DNA of 53,926 bases from Saccharofermentans sp. (GTDB lineage: Bacteria; Bacillota; Clostridia; Saccharofermentanales; Saccharofermentanaceae). The notes under the pieces are model-generated. The model did no database searches. It saw nothing but the letters and a program-made list of their open reading frames with translations, and was not told where the DNA came from. Shown here piece by piece: positions 1 through 9,257 of this stretch. Both the position numbers and the translations under genes were made by a program. The first letter of the stretch is position 1. Each line of letters begins with the position of its first letter. The stretch covers positions 1 through 53,926 of the forward strand of contig JAEFBC010000070.1 of assembly GCA_016292155.1 (NCBI GenBank). Reading direction: 5' to 3'.

Positions 1-86
1 GTCTTAGCAGGCGAAGACATAAGCTTCTCGCGCATTTCCGCTTTCCTTGCCACATCCATCTTTATCTTATCTGAAGTATCTCTCAT
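1..86 (-). CDS. 5' fragment of a probable anti-sigma factor (runs off window start)
   Basis: ATG at 86 overlaps the ECF sigma TGA (ATGA coupling); open frame MRDTSDKIKMDVARKAEMREKLMSSPAK to the window edge; the function is inferred from position only. Confidence 0.55.
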   Translation of the reverse strand, partial: MRDTSDKIKMDVARKAEMREKLMSSPAK

Positions 87-595
87 AAATATTCCTCCAA
101 TCCTCTCCTCATGATTGCTTTGCCCCTGTTGATCCTTACGGCAACGGCTGATTCAGATATCTTCAGTATTCCTGCGACATCCTTGTAAGAGTAACCTGCA
201 TAATAGTGCAGATAGATAGGCATCCTGAACTGACCGTCCAGGTTCATGAGTTCATCAAATACGGCCTTGTTTCTCTCATTGAATTCATCGAAATACTGCA
301 GCTCATTTTCCGCAGACTCAAGATCAACGTCTTTCTGACGTGATGCTGACCTGAGATAATCTCTGCATTTGTTTGCCGTCATTGTGAAAAGATAAGTCTT
401 TTCCTTGCCGGGTTTAAAAGCAACTTTATCGTCTAGGAGTTTTAGGAATACATCCTGAACAATATCTTCTGCTTCGTGTTTCGAACCCGAGTAGTAAACG
501 GCAAATCTGTAAAGATCATCTGCATATGCATCAAATAATCTGACTACATCTTCGTTTTTCAAAATTTTTGCCTCCGGTGTTATTTGAGATCTCAC
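83..595 (-). CDS. ECF-type RNA polymerase sigma-70 factor
   Basis: Region 2 (LYRFAVYY...AEDIVQDVFLKL, YLFTMTANKCRDYLR) and region 4 HTH (YLHYYAGYSYKDVAGILKISESAVAVRINRG). Confidence 0.93.
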   Translation of the reverse strand: MRSQITPEAKILKNEDVVRLFDAYADDLYRFAVYYSGSKHEAEDIVQDVFLKLLDDKVAFKPGKEKTYLFTMTANKCRDYLRSASRQKDVDLESAENELQYFDEFNERNKAVFDELMNLDGQFRMPIYLHYYAGYSYKDVAGILKISESAVAVRINRGKAIMRRGLEEYL

Positions 596-628
596 CTATA
601 TGACGGATCAGAACACCTTTTTCTTACA
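596..628 (-). promoter_or_regulatory. putative autoregulatory ECF promoter, possibly giving a leaderless mRNA
   Basis: Minus strand TGTAAG-N17-CGTCATATAG directly before the GTG start; no SD. Confidence 0.45.
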
Positions 629-762
629 ACGGGTCGAAAATCAATTTTTTCAAGTTCGTCTAAAAGGATTGGAGTGTTATATTCAACAATACCTGTTCCA
701 CACTGGACAGGAGTTTTCCGGGGAATCTTATGACAGGTCTTTTGAAGTATTCAAAATGGATA

Positions 763-788
763 GATGGCGGAATGACCATTCCGTCATC
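763..788 (-). terminator. stem-loop, probable terminator of 818..1228
   Basis: gatggcggaatg-ac-cattccgtcatc inverted repeat about 30 nt past the stop. Confidence 0.5.
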
Positions 789-817
789 AAAACTCATCTA
801 ATGCCTGAAAGAGGGTT

Positions 818-1228
818 TCAGTTCAGATTCCTATCAACGTAAGAAGCCACGTCGACCCAGCTGCTGAAAACAGGCTCGTCGCCCTCATCGGTTGATGCAT
901 CTTCAAAATCATATGCTCTGTATTCTCTGATGCATGCATTATCTTTGATATGAATGAACTCGGCATTACCATTGTCTTCTTCGTAATGACCGAAGATCAA
1001 CTCTTTCCCGCCGGCTAACCTTATCCAGCTTTCCACGCCCCATCCGAAGAAATCTGTTTCCGAAGTATCCTTGAAAGAAGCACAATCATCGTATGGCGTT
1101 ACATATATATTTCCGCAATGATAACCTAACGCTTCATCGTATTCCCATTGGACATCTCCCAAAGACTGCTGAGCATACCATTCTTTGGCGTTACCTGCTA
1201 TTCCATATACTTTAAATACGCTTGCCAT
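818..1228 (-). CDS. hypothetical acidic protein
   Basis: ORF 818..1249; start moved to ATG 1228 (MASVFKVY) behind SD AAGGAG. Confidence 0.75.
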   Translation of the reverse strand: MASVFKVYGIAGNAKEWYAQQSLGDVQWEYDEALGYHCGNIYVTPYDDCASFKDTSETDFFGWGVESWIRLAGGKELIFGHYEEDNGNAEFIHIKDNACIREYRAYDFEDASTDEGDEPVFSSWVDVASYVDRNLN

Positions 1229-1256
1229 ATTACTGCTCCTTTCCGGCACAGAATGA

Positions 1257-1622
1257 TCAGAGCTTATATTTCCCGCAGATGTCAGGATAGAACTCTTTCA
1301 GCAGGTTGTTCCACTGCTTTGCGGTCTTGCCGACCATCGTGTAATAACCGATGTAACCTGCAACGCCTGCAACTATGATCAAGGCAACGAAGCTTACGAT
1401 TCCGATAACAATATTGTCAGCGATGATACCACCGATCAATGAGATCAGTCCGAAGGCTGCGATAACTGCAGCGAGGATAATGGCGGGCATCTTCTGCTTC
1501 TTCTTTTTCTCGCTCAGAATGCCATATGCCTGAGCTATATGTTCTTCCTTATACTCTTTCTTGCGGAGAGCGCTTTCGAGCTGAACACTGACGCTGTAAA
1601 CAGGGATCTCAATGATTTGCAT
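1257..1622 (-). CDS. hypothetical membrane protein (2 TM)
   Basis: SD AGGAGG; two hydrophobic helices. Confidence 0.8.
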   Translation of the reverse strand: MQIIEIPVYSVSVQLESALRKKEYKEEHIAQAYGILSEKKKKQKMPAIILAAVIAAFGLISLIGGIIADNIVIGIVSFVALIIVAGVAGYIGYYTMVGKTAKQWNNLLKEFYPDICGKYKL

Positions 1623-1768
1623 TTTGATGTCCTCCTAATGGTTTTGCTTTATCATAACTTTATGAAGTCTCTGTTGTAAAGTTCCCGTTTTCTTTGTTTT
1701 TACACTGTTTCTTTTATATGGTCACCAGATATAAAGATCTTTTGTAATATTTATAATCATACAATTCG

Positions 1769-2161
1769 TTAAACAGTTTTCCTGATGTGCTCGTTAATAT
1801 AACCAATGTCCCTTTTAACAGTAAAAGCATCGATCGCGAAAGCAAGTGCCAGCACGACGCCCACATAGATAAATGCCATCCAGAAATTGCTCGGGAAGAA
1901 CCATCCGACGATAAAGCCGAAGAGCATTACGATACCGGAGAAAACAAAATATTTGATGATGTAGCTCATCACGATCGACAGTGACAATAATTCATCGAAA
2001 AGGTAGTTCACAACCGTAATTATCAAGGCGAGTCCAAAGAGCGCGAGCACGAGCGAGATCTCAGCAGTTACGCCCGACCAGATGATCGACAATGTGAATA
2101 CCGCAAGTATCATCAATGCCGCAAGTATACATGTATCTTTAAGTATTTTCCTGACAGGCAT
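1769..2161 (-). CDS. DUF3021-like 4-TM membrane protein (LytTR partner)
   Basis: Four TM segments, LFGFIVGWF motif and basic C-tail; lies directly after a stand-alone LytTR gene. Confidence 0.7.
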   Translation of the reverse strand: MPVRKILKDTCILAALMILAVFTLSIIWSGVTAEISLVLALFGLALIITVVNYLFDELLSLSIVMSYIIKYFVFSGIVMLFGFIVGWFFPSNFWMAFIYVGVVLALAFAIDAFTVKRDIGYINEHIRKTV

Positions 2162-2165
2162 TTAT

Positions 2166-2594
2166 CTAGAACCTCCTCTTTATGTCGCGCAGATATTTGC
2201 GCGATACTATGAGCTTCTCGCCGTTGTCGAGCGTCGCTTCGAGATGGCTGTTCTTAAGCTGCTTTATTTCCGTAAGATGGGAGACGTTCATGATGCATGT
2301 CCTTGAGATCCTGACAAGATCCGAATCCTCTATGATCTTCCCTACTTCCTGCAGCGAGGAATCCAGCCTGTAAACATCGTTTTTGGTATACAGAAAGACT
2401 TTGCGGTCGACATTCTCGAGATAGTACACATCGGACATGGCAATGTGCATCCGGCGCTCATCTGTGAACGCGCTGAAGCTTATATCCAAACTCTCGATAC
2501 GCTTAACAAGGCCTCTGACCGACTCGGTATATTCCGGATACTCGATCGTGACGGTGAGAGGCTTGTCCGGAGCCTGTCTCGTTATGATCTGCAT
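2166..2594 (-). CDS. stand-alone LytTR DNA-binding regulator (no receiver domain)
   Basis: DVYYLENVDRKVFLYT, LVRISRTCIMNV, LDNGEKLIVSRKY are LytTR hallmarks. Confidence 0.92.
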   Translation of the reverse strand: MQIITRQAPDKPLTVTIEYPEYTESVRGLVKRIESLDISFSAFTDERRMHIAMSDVYYLENVDRKVFLYTKNDVYRLDSSLQEVGKIIEDSDLVRISRTCIMNVSHLTEIKQLKNSHLEATLDNGEKLIVSRKYLRDIKRRF

Positions 2595-3464
2595 TTATTC
2601 TTCCTGTTTTCCTATGCCTTCAATAACTGCCTGTGCTTCCTCCTTAAACTTCCGCGATAACGCCGCATAGACGATCACGCCAAGGAAGAACACCATATTA
2701 GTATACCTTACGAGCATACTGATCTCTGTCGTATAAGGAGATAATAACTGACTTCCGATCAAATTGCTAAACATATGCACCAGCGCACCCGCGAGAATGC
2801 TCCTGCCCGTCTTAACATATACGAAGGATACGAAAACGCTGAGCATCATTACGCTCGGTATGAACATCAGTGCGTGAAAGACCGAATCCTGAAGAAGGTT
2901 GTACTGCGCCTGCCCCGGCGTAAAATACCACGGAAGATGCCATATTGCCCAAATGAACCCCAGTATCAGGGAACCCTTCAGAAATCCGAACTTAAGTAGC
3001 AGCCTGTCGAGCGCATAGCCTCTCCAGCCGAATTCCTCATTGAGCGGACCGGAGATGAGCGACAGCAGGATGACAAGAAATATATTCAGCGGGTTGGCTC
3101 CTATGGCCTTTATGTAGTCCATATCAGGCATCTCACTGCCCATCAGGCCGACGCCGATAGTGATGCTTATAACTGACAGCAGCGCGAAGATGGCGATTGT
3201 TATGAGCGGCCACTTCCACCCCATCTGTTTGAAGCTGAAACACCTTCTGAAATAATCTTTCCTCTTGTCCTTCGGGTATGTAAGGAACACCAGGAACAGT
3301 GCGACTACAGAAGGCGCGCCGCCTCCGAAATAAAACATGAACGTTCCAATGCCTGTTCCCGTGAAACCGAAAATTACAGGAATAAATCCGCACAGCCACG
3401 TCCAAGCCAAAGTAAGTACAAAGAACAGAATCAGGTATTTTGTTGACAGCCAGTTTTTCTTCAT
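2595..3464 (-). CDS. CPBP (CAAX/Abi) intramembrane metalloprotease
   Basis: EEFGWRG, WAIWHLP and HMFSN motifs; multiple TM; SD GGAGG. Confidence 0.92.
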   Translation of the reverse strand: MKKNWLSTKYLILFFVLTLAWTWLCGFIPVIFGFTGTGIGTFMFYFGGGAPSVVALFLVFLTYPKDKRKDYFRRCFSFKQMGWKWPLITIAIFALLSVISITIGVGLMGSEMPDMDYIKAIGANPLNIFLVILLSLISGPLNEEFGWRGYALDRLLLKFGFLKGSLILGFIWAIWHLPWYFTPGQAQYNLLQDSVFHALMFIPSVMMLSVFVSFVYVKTGRSILAGALVHMFSNLIGSQLLSPYTTEISMLVRYTNMVFFLGVIVYAALSRKFKEEAQAVIEGIGKQEE

Positions 3465-3603
3465 CTGAACACCTCCGTTTGATGTGAGTCTAACGGAAGA
3501 TGTGTGCCGCAGCCACAGGTCAGGTCAGTTGTTGCAAAATCATGCACGCAAAGTGCATTTTAATTAGCCGGTCAGCTGGCGCTACATATGCAGTCAGTAA
3601 AAA

Positions 3604-3642
3604 GACAGACAAAAACGTGATTTTTTCGCGATTTTGTCTGTC
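3604..3642. repeat. 11-bp inverted repeat with 17-nt spacer (terminator or half palindromic element)
   Basis: gacagacaaaa (3604-3614) / ttttgtctgtc (3632-3642). Confidence 0.6.
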
Positions 3643-3692
3643 ATCATGTTATCGAAACCGGTATATACCCTATGGGGGTATGTTGCAAGAGG

Positions 3693-4499
3693 CTAATCGG
3701 ATTTGACTTGCACCAGCTTATCAATATCCTTGTCCCCGTACGATTTAGACGGCAATACCGTGCACCAGCCACCAAACAGCTCTTCGCATATCTTAAGCTC
3801 AAGTTCCTGTCTGTGAACCCAGTGCTTGACCAGGCCGTCTTCGCCTTCGAGGCCGCATCTTAATGCATGGGGACTGTTATTGAAATAGTCGCAGAGCATG
3901 GCAAACCAGACTTCATTGCCTTTATCGTCAACTCGGGTCTGCCGCGCCGTCTGAAGATTTCTTCTGATATCATCCGGCTCAGCCTTAAGATAAGCAATGT
4001 GGATCTGCTTATCGCCTATCGCCTTCTTGACGTCCTTGTAAAAATCCAGGATAGCCTCATCCGTCATGTCACGGAACAGTATCATGTCCTCCACGATGTT
4101 CTGGAAAAGAGCGCACTCTGTAATAAGAGGCTCACCGTCCCAGCTGCCATAGCGCTTCAGAACAATATCCTTAAAAAGATCAAAGGATACGCGCCCATTA
4201 TATATCTCGTATTGTTCCAAAGCCTGATAGAAGCTCCGGTCATCGGTCCGGATCTTTGTATAACAGACGATTGCGTGATCGTCTTCGAAGTGTGTTTTCG
4301 CTTCGATCTCAGGCTTCAGCGCAGGGAAACGGTCCTGGATTTTGATATATTCATCTCTGTCTATATATGCGCACCAGGCAAGCTCTACCGGGGAATAGTC
4401 GCCTTCTTCAAGGACTTTGTGGTCCGGACATTTCTCTGATAACAGCTTTACAAGGGTGCTTTTGCCGCTTCCCTGTATACCTTCAATAAAATAAGTCAT
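3693..4499 (-). CDS. P-loop NTPase, nucleoside/nucleotide kinase-like
   Basis: N-terminal FIEGIQGSGKST Walker A in a dNK/TMK-like context. Confidence 0.75.
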   Translation of the reverse strand: MTYFIEGIQGSGKSTLVKLLSEKCPDHKVLEEGDYSPVELAWCAYIDRDEYIKIQDRFPALKPEIEAKTHFEDDHAIVCYTKIRTDDRSFYQALEQYEIYNGRVSFDLFKDIVLKRYGSWDGEPLITECALFQNIVEDMILFRDMTDEAILDFYKDVKKAIGDKQIHIAYLKAEPDDIRRNLQTARQTRVDDKGNEVWFAMLCDYFNNSPHALRCGLEGEDGLVKHWVHRQELELKICEELFGGWCTVLPSKSYGDKDIDKLVQVKSD

Positions 4500-4536
4500 G
4501 TTATGTATTATCTGCCAGTGGTGATCTTCCTTAAGA

Positions 4537-5229
4537 TCAGAAATCCTTCATCATGGCTCTGAGAGCATCATCTGATTTGCCATCGATCGAACTCTCTTTG
4601 ACAAAAAGAGCTTTGATGACCGCAATGGATTTGCCGTCCTTAACGAATACGATATCGTAGACGCCGGGATCAGCATAATCAGGATTCAGATAGAAAGCAC
4701 CCCACTGGGCTTCTTCCTCCTCGGGTTTAGTTAATGTGCATGTCGCAGCCACTTTGGTGTCTTCTTCGGTATAAGCCATATCCATATAGACCTTTGCATC
4801 ATCCGCATGCTTATAGACGTAGACCCACAGACCTTCAGCGACAGCCGAGTCGAGATAGATCTCGGCCCACTCGTTCATCTGGAAAATGCATCTTATGCCC
4901 TTTACGTCCGGATCCTTGGCATTGAATTCAGACGTGCCGCACTGGTTGCCTTTCAAGGTCAGACCCTTTATCACAGGGCCGCCGTCAGCGTCTTTATCAA
5001 ACTGGAAGAGCTCACCCGGAAGCAGCACAATGGCTCCCGGATCCGTATTATTATTCGTGGTTGCATCGGTATTACCGCCGTTATCTTCACCGGCAGTTGT
5101 ATCTTTTGTGGTTTCCTTCTCAGTTGTTGTGGTTTCCTTGCCAGATGTCGGTGCCGCGTTTGGCTTGCCGCAAGCAGAAAGTGACAGAAGCATCGTGGCC
5201 GAAATGATCAGTGCTAAAATCTTCTTCAT
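4537..5229 (-). CDS. lipoprotein of unknown function
   Basis: MKK signal, lipobox LSAC, Thr/Asn-rich linker; SD GGAGG. Confidence 0.85.
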   Translation of the reverse strand: MKKILALIISATMLLSLSACGKPNAAPTSGKETTTTEKETTKDTTAGEDNGGNTDATTNNNTDPGAIVLLPGELFQFDKDADGGPVIKGLTLKGNQCGTSEFNAKDPDVKGIRCIFQMNEWAEIYLDSAVAEGLWVYVYKHADDAKVYMDMAYTEEDTKVAATCTLTKPEEEEAQWGAFYLNPDYADPGVYDIVFVKDGKSIAVIKALFVKESSIDGKSDDALRAMMKDF

Positions 5230-5334
5230 TTTGCTATCCTCCGTAATAAATAAAGGACTTCTGTTTATCTCACGTTCTAAGGTTTTACCTATGCAGTGAT
5301 TATACCATGCCGGGTGTGGAGGGGCCGCGGAGAT

Positions 5335-6003
5335 TTACAGATGGAAGCGCCTCTGGAATTCATCTGCAAGGGCTCTCCCCTTGAATATTGCGGCGGCAGC
5401 GAAAAGAATCACGCTGACCATCAGGCATACAGCCCAGGCTAATGGCATTTTCTCAGTCACAAAAAAGCATATGATGCTCGGTATGATTCCCATGAAGAGG
5501 CCCGTGATGAGGTATACCATCGTATTTCCGTTCTTATCTATCAGAGCAAGCACAAAGTTCGCCACGATCGTTGCCGCCAGCACGACCGGCACCACGAGTT
5601 CGAGCGTAACCTTCATGAGCCCGAAGAAGTATGCAGTGACGCACCACATCGCGATCGTGATGATTACCATCATGGTCACCTTGCCTGCAGATCCCGTGCC
5701 GGGCTTAAACTGCCTCATGATCCCGAACTCGAATCCTATAAGCCACATGGCCAGGAGCAGGCTCCAGTGAAGATCAGGAAAGCCCGGGAGCCTCAGTCTT
5801 ACCAGAAAATCAAGGCCGATGCCGGCGATCAGGAGGCCCCAGACGATTGCCAGCTGCATCTTGTAATAGAGCGACTGCTTTTTCTGCGCCTCGAACTTGG
5901 GATAACAGGATTCCTCAGCTGTCCCGGAGAGCTTATTCTGACACAGAGGGCATTTCGCAAGATCGCCTTCAATACCGACGTTGCAGTAAGGACATCTTCT
6001 CAT
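5335..6003 (-). CDS. zinc-ribbon + multi-TM membrane protein (DUF6320-like)
   Basis: CPYC...CPLC N-terminus, 6 TM, C-terminal EFQRRFHL; ATG 6003 overlaps the upstream TGA. Confidence 0.75.
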   Translation of the reverse strand: MRRCPYCNVGIEGDLAKCPLCQNKLSGTAEESCYPKFEAQKKQSLYYKMQLAIVWGLLIAGIGLDFLVRLRLPGFPDLHWSLLLAMWLIGFEFGIMRQFKPGTGSAGKVTMMVIITIAMWCVTAYFFGLMKVTLELVVPVVLAATIVANFVLALIDKNGNTMVYLITGLFMGIIPSIICFFVTEKMPLAWAVCLMVSVILFAAAAIFKGRALADEFQRRFHL

Positions 6004-7250
6004 CTGATCACCTCCGTCGCACATACGGTGATATCCACTCCGGACTGGGAAAGCGACCTGACGAAGTTCTTCACGACACCCGTGTTCGTATATGCCGATG
6101 AGACGCCAAGAGTCAGCTTATCGCCGTAGCCGAACATCGTGGAGAACATGGTGTTGGTGCTGCAGAATCCGCTGTAATTATCGACCCGCTCTCCTAAAGG
6201 CTTCGGTGGCTTCTGCACACCCATGTTGGAGAATGTCATGGTGACCGTTTTGGCCGATTTCTTCGTGAAATGCCTTACGACCAACTGCTTGATGAATAAC
6301 GGCACGACCCTCACGAAGGCCACATATTCCATGGTCTCGAAAATATCCATCTGCTTTTTGACGTTCTCTTCAGTCAGCTGGCTCTTAAGCTCGGCATCGA
6401 ATTCTTTCGCAAGATCTTCAAGCGTGATCTCGCTGTCGAAGACATGCGTCACGTTCACGCTGTTGAAGAAATTCCTTGCGGTCTTCGACGGATAGTAATT
6501 ACGAAGGTTTACAGGCAGTGATATGGTCACCGGAAGATCGCGCTTCCTCGGCGGCATCTCGTCACGGATGGCAAGCATCCAGAGTGCTCCCAGATAACTT
6601 GTCAGCGAGACCTTCAGTTCCTTAGCTCTCGGCAGTATCTGCGAGGTCGGAAGATGGATCTCAAAAAACTGCAATTGATTATATGGAAGCTTTATTCCGC
6701 CCGGGTGAAATGCATTCTTCTTGGCAGATCCGTGTGAGAGCTTTTTGCTTCCGAAGAACTGGCGGTAACTGTCCTGGCTTAAGTCTCCTTCAGAGGCTCC
6801 TGAGCTGATGGTAACGTCATCAAGCTCGCCCGGATATTTCCGCTTAAGATAATCAAGCACAATGATGTTCAGGAACTCCATGGCACCTGTTCCGTCAGCC
6901 AGAACGTGGGAGATATCCAGATTGATCTTCTTTCCGAAATACGTCACCTGATAGTGGAGCATTGTCTTAGACGGAACGTAAAGGACCGGACAGATCCTAT
7001 CATCTTCTTTCTTGACCACAGGCGTAAGGTCGGTGTCCTCCATGTAATGCCAGAAGAGTCCGCGGCGGATTCTCACCTGCACCTGGGGACGGTCCTCAAT
7101 AGCTGAGAGGACCGCCTGCTCGAGAAGAACAGGATCAACGTCTTCCTTCAGAGTGCATGTAAGACGGAACGAACGTGTGTCACGCTTTCCGGCAGTGGCC
7201 AGAAAAACTTTCGATACGTTGTCTATCCTGTACCAGTTAGCGCTTCCCAT
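6000..7250 (-). CDS. alcohol acetyltransferase / condensation-domain family acyltransferase
   Basis: WYRIDNVSKVF start, HVLADGTG (HxxxDG) catalytic motif, PVNLRNYYPSKTARNFF; start set at ATG 7250. Confidence 0.85.
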   Translation of the reverse strand: MGSANWYRIDNVSKVFLATAGKRDTRSFRLTCTLKEDVDPVLLEQAVLSAIEDRPQVQVRIRRGLFWHYMEDTDLTPVVKKEDDRICPVLYVPSKTMLHYQVTYFGKKINLDISHVLADGTGAMEFLNIIVLDYLKRKYPGELDDVTISSGASEGDLSQDSYRQFFGSKKLSHGSAKKNAFHPGGIKLPYNQLQFFEIHLPTSQILPRAKELKVSLTSYLGALWMLAIRDEMPPRKRDLPVTISLPVNLRNYYPSKTARNFFNSVNVTHVFDSEITLEDLAKEFDAELKSQLTEENVKKQMDIFETMEYVAFVRVVPLFIKQLVVRHFTKKSAKTVTMTFSNMGVQKPPKPLGERVDNYSGFCSTNTMFSTMFGYGDKLTLGVSSAYTNTGVVKNFVRSLSQSGVDITVCATEVIR

Positions 7251-8181
7251 ATATCTCATGCGACACATGCGCTGCAAGCCGCTTTAATGCCTTACGGGTC
7301 ATGGGACCCGGCATATGCAGATACACGTGCCATCCTTTCTCTTCAATATCAAGTTCTGCCTTGCCGCCGGCCTCATCGATCTTCGCCTTGAGCCTTATGC
7401 TGTCATCTAATAATATGCCGTTTCTTCCAGACATAATGAAGACCGGTGGGAAGTTCTCGAAGCTGCCAAACAGCGGGCTGAACGTCGGATCAGCCGGATC
7501 CTTATCCCCTAAGTATGCTTTGGCAGAATTCATAACGAACTCTTTATTAAGTACAGGATCGATGTCCTTGTTGGTCTCATAGGACTCTGCAGTTCCTGTC
7601 ATGTCAGTCCAAGGGCTGAACAGCAAAAGTTCACGGGGCGCGGGCTTCCCCTCCGCGATAAGTCTCTGTGTCATGCTAAGCGCCATGTTGCCGCCCGCAG
7701 AATCACCTGCCAGGAGCACGTGGTCAGCCTCCGCAACGTTCTTTGTAATATATTCCCACAGGGCATTTCCGTCTTCAGCTGCGGCCGGATAAGGATGCTC
7801 CGGAGCCAGACGGTAAGCAAATGAATAGACCGTAAATCCCGTTGCCATTGCAAGCTTTACACCGAGATTGCCAGCATAATCAAGACCGCCGCTGATGTAC
7901 CCGCCGCCATGACAGTAGAGGATCACGTAATCAGGATCGTATGGAGATCCCGGCTTATACTCCTCACAGCGGATCCTGCCGACGCGGAAGGGTCTGCGCT
8001 CCACATTGCCTATAGGCGTCGAAAGGCGGCTTGCACTATCTGCAATTTTGCGGTGGCGTTTGATCTCCGCGAGCGACGATGCCGTCCCGGCCATAGACCT
8101 CACTATCCTCAAAGATGTGGCAAGCGGTGTCTTCATTGCTCTGATTTCCTTTTCCTTCTGCTCATCTGCTTCATGATGCAT
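7237..8181 (-). CDS. alpha/beta hydrolase, HSL/Aes-type esterase
   Basis: HGGGY oxyanion motif, YRLAPEHPYPAA, GDSAGG nucleophile elbow, C-terminal WHV. Confidence 0.9.
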   Translation of the reverse strand: MHHEADEQKEKEIRAMKTPLATSLRIVRSMAGTASSLAEIKRHRKIADSASRLSTPIGNVERRPFRVGRIRCEEYKPGSPYDPDYVILYCHGGGYISGGLDYAGNLGVKLAMATGFTVYSFAYRLAPEHPYPAAAEDGNALWEYITKNVAEADHVLLAGDSAGGNMALSMTQRLIAEGKPAPRELLLFSPWTDMTGTAESYETNKDIDPVLNKEFVMNSAKAYLGDKDPADPTFSPLFGSFENFPPVFIMSGRNGILLDDSIRLKAKIDEAGGKAELDIEEKGWHVYLHMPGPMTRKALKRLAAHVSHEIYGKR

Positions 8182-8352
8182 TTACTCTTTCCCGGTTACC
8201 TTTTCTCTATTCCTGTATCAGTATTTTTTATTATACAAAAATATGGCCTTGAACCCATGTTATAATTCATTTGGATATGGGACAGTATTTCCGGACATAT
8301 AACTCAGACCAGGTCCCGGATGAGAAATACTGCATTCAGAAAGAGGGATAAT

Positions 8353-9243
8353 ATGGGGAAGATTTCAGCTAAGAACCGGAAAGTGATCACGCTTTATTTG
8401 ATCGTAACGCTTCTATTAACCTGGCTGTTACAGTTCATGCCGATCTTTATGGGATTGGACGTGGAGAATACATCGATATCATCCTTTGATTTTGCTTCCC
8501 TGTTCTTTGGAATCGGCGGCGTAATACCGACTCTGGTTGGTGTTATATTCGTTCTGGTTTTCTATACGAAGGACGGCATAAAAGATTTCCTCAAAAGATG
8601 CTTTATTCCGAATAAAGAATGCATAGCCGCAATTTTATTCTCACTTGCATTGATCTGTGCGGAAGTATTTGTGACGCAGATGATATCAAGAGTCCTTGGC
8701 GCCGAGAAGCTCGGCTTTGAGGGATTAAAAGTGATCGCCGGCAACCCTTTGTATTTCTTCTATTTCCTGTTCTGGGGTATAATCTCCGGACCTTTTTCCG
8801 AAGAATTCGGATGGAGAGGCTTCTTAACGGACCGCTTATTTAAGAAAGATAAGCTGCTTCAGATGTCCTTGTTCATCGGATTCATATGGGGAATCTGGCA
8901 TCTGCCCTTGTATTTTTATCCCGCGCAGATCCAGCACGACTGGTTCAAGATCAATCCGTTACTGGGACTGCTCTTCATCGTCAGCTGCATGTCTGCCGCC
9001 CTTGTTTATACGTCCATATATGTTACCGCAAGAAGAAAGGTCTTCCCTATCTTCTTCCTGCACATGTTTAAGAACATCATCCTGACCGGAGCCATGATCT
9101 ATCCGTTCTCAGATACTTACAGCATAGTCGTTGTCTTCGTTGAGATCGTAATGGACGTACTGTTCTACGTTATATTCACAAGAACGCCTTTCTTCAGGAA
9201 AGCTCTCGAAAAGACGGCGGAATTCAATTATTTGAAGCAGTGA
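8353..9243 (+). CDS. CPBP (CAAX/Abi) intramembrane metalloprotease
   Basis: EEFGWRG, WGIWHLP, HMFKN; start ATG 8353 after GAGGG; resembles 2595..3464. Confidence 0.9.
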   Translation: MGKISAKNRKVITLYLIVTLLLTWLLQFMPIFMGLDVENTSISSFDFASLFFGIGGVIPTLVGVIFVLVFYTKDGIKDFLKRCFIPNKECIAAILFSLALICAEVFVTQMISRVLGAEKLGFEGLKVIAGNPLYFFYFLFWGIISGPFSEEFGWRGFLTDRLFKKDKLLQMSLFIGFIWGIWHLPLYFYPAQIQHDWFKINPLLGLLFIVSCMSAALVYTSIYVTARRKVFPIFFLHMFKNIILTGAMIYPFSDTYSIVVVFVEIVMDVLFYVIFTRTPFFRKALEKTAEFNYLKQ

Positions 9244-9257
9244 GAAGGCAGCGGTAT

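Noticed and set aside
600-842. 80-aa plus-strand ORF
   Set aside because: Runs through promoter and hairpin sequence, has no SD and overlaps a minus-strand gene end
3465-3600. LytTR direct-repeat binding site
   Set aside because: Only TGCA tetramers 21 bp apart; too weak to call
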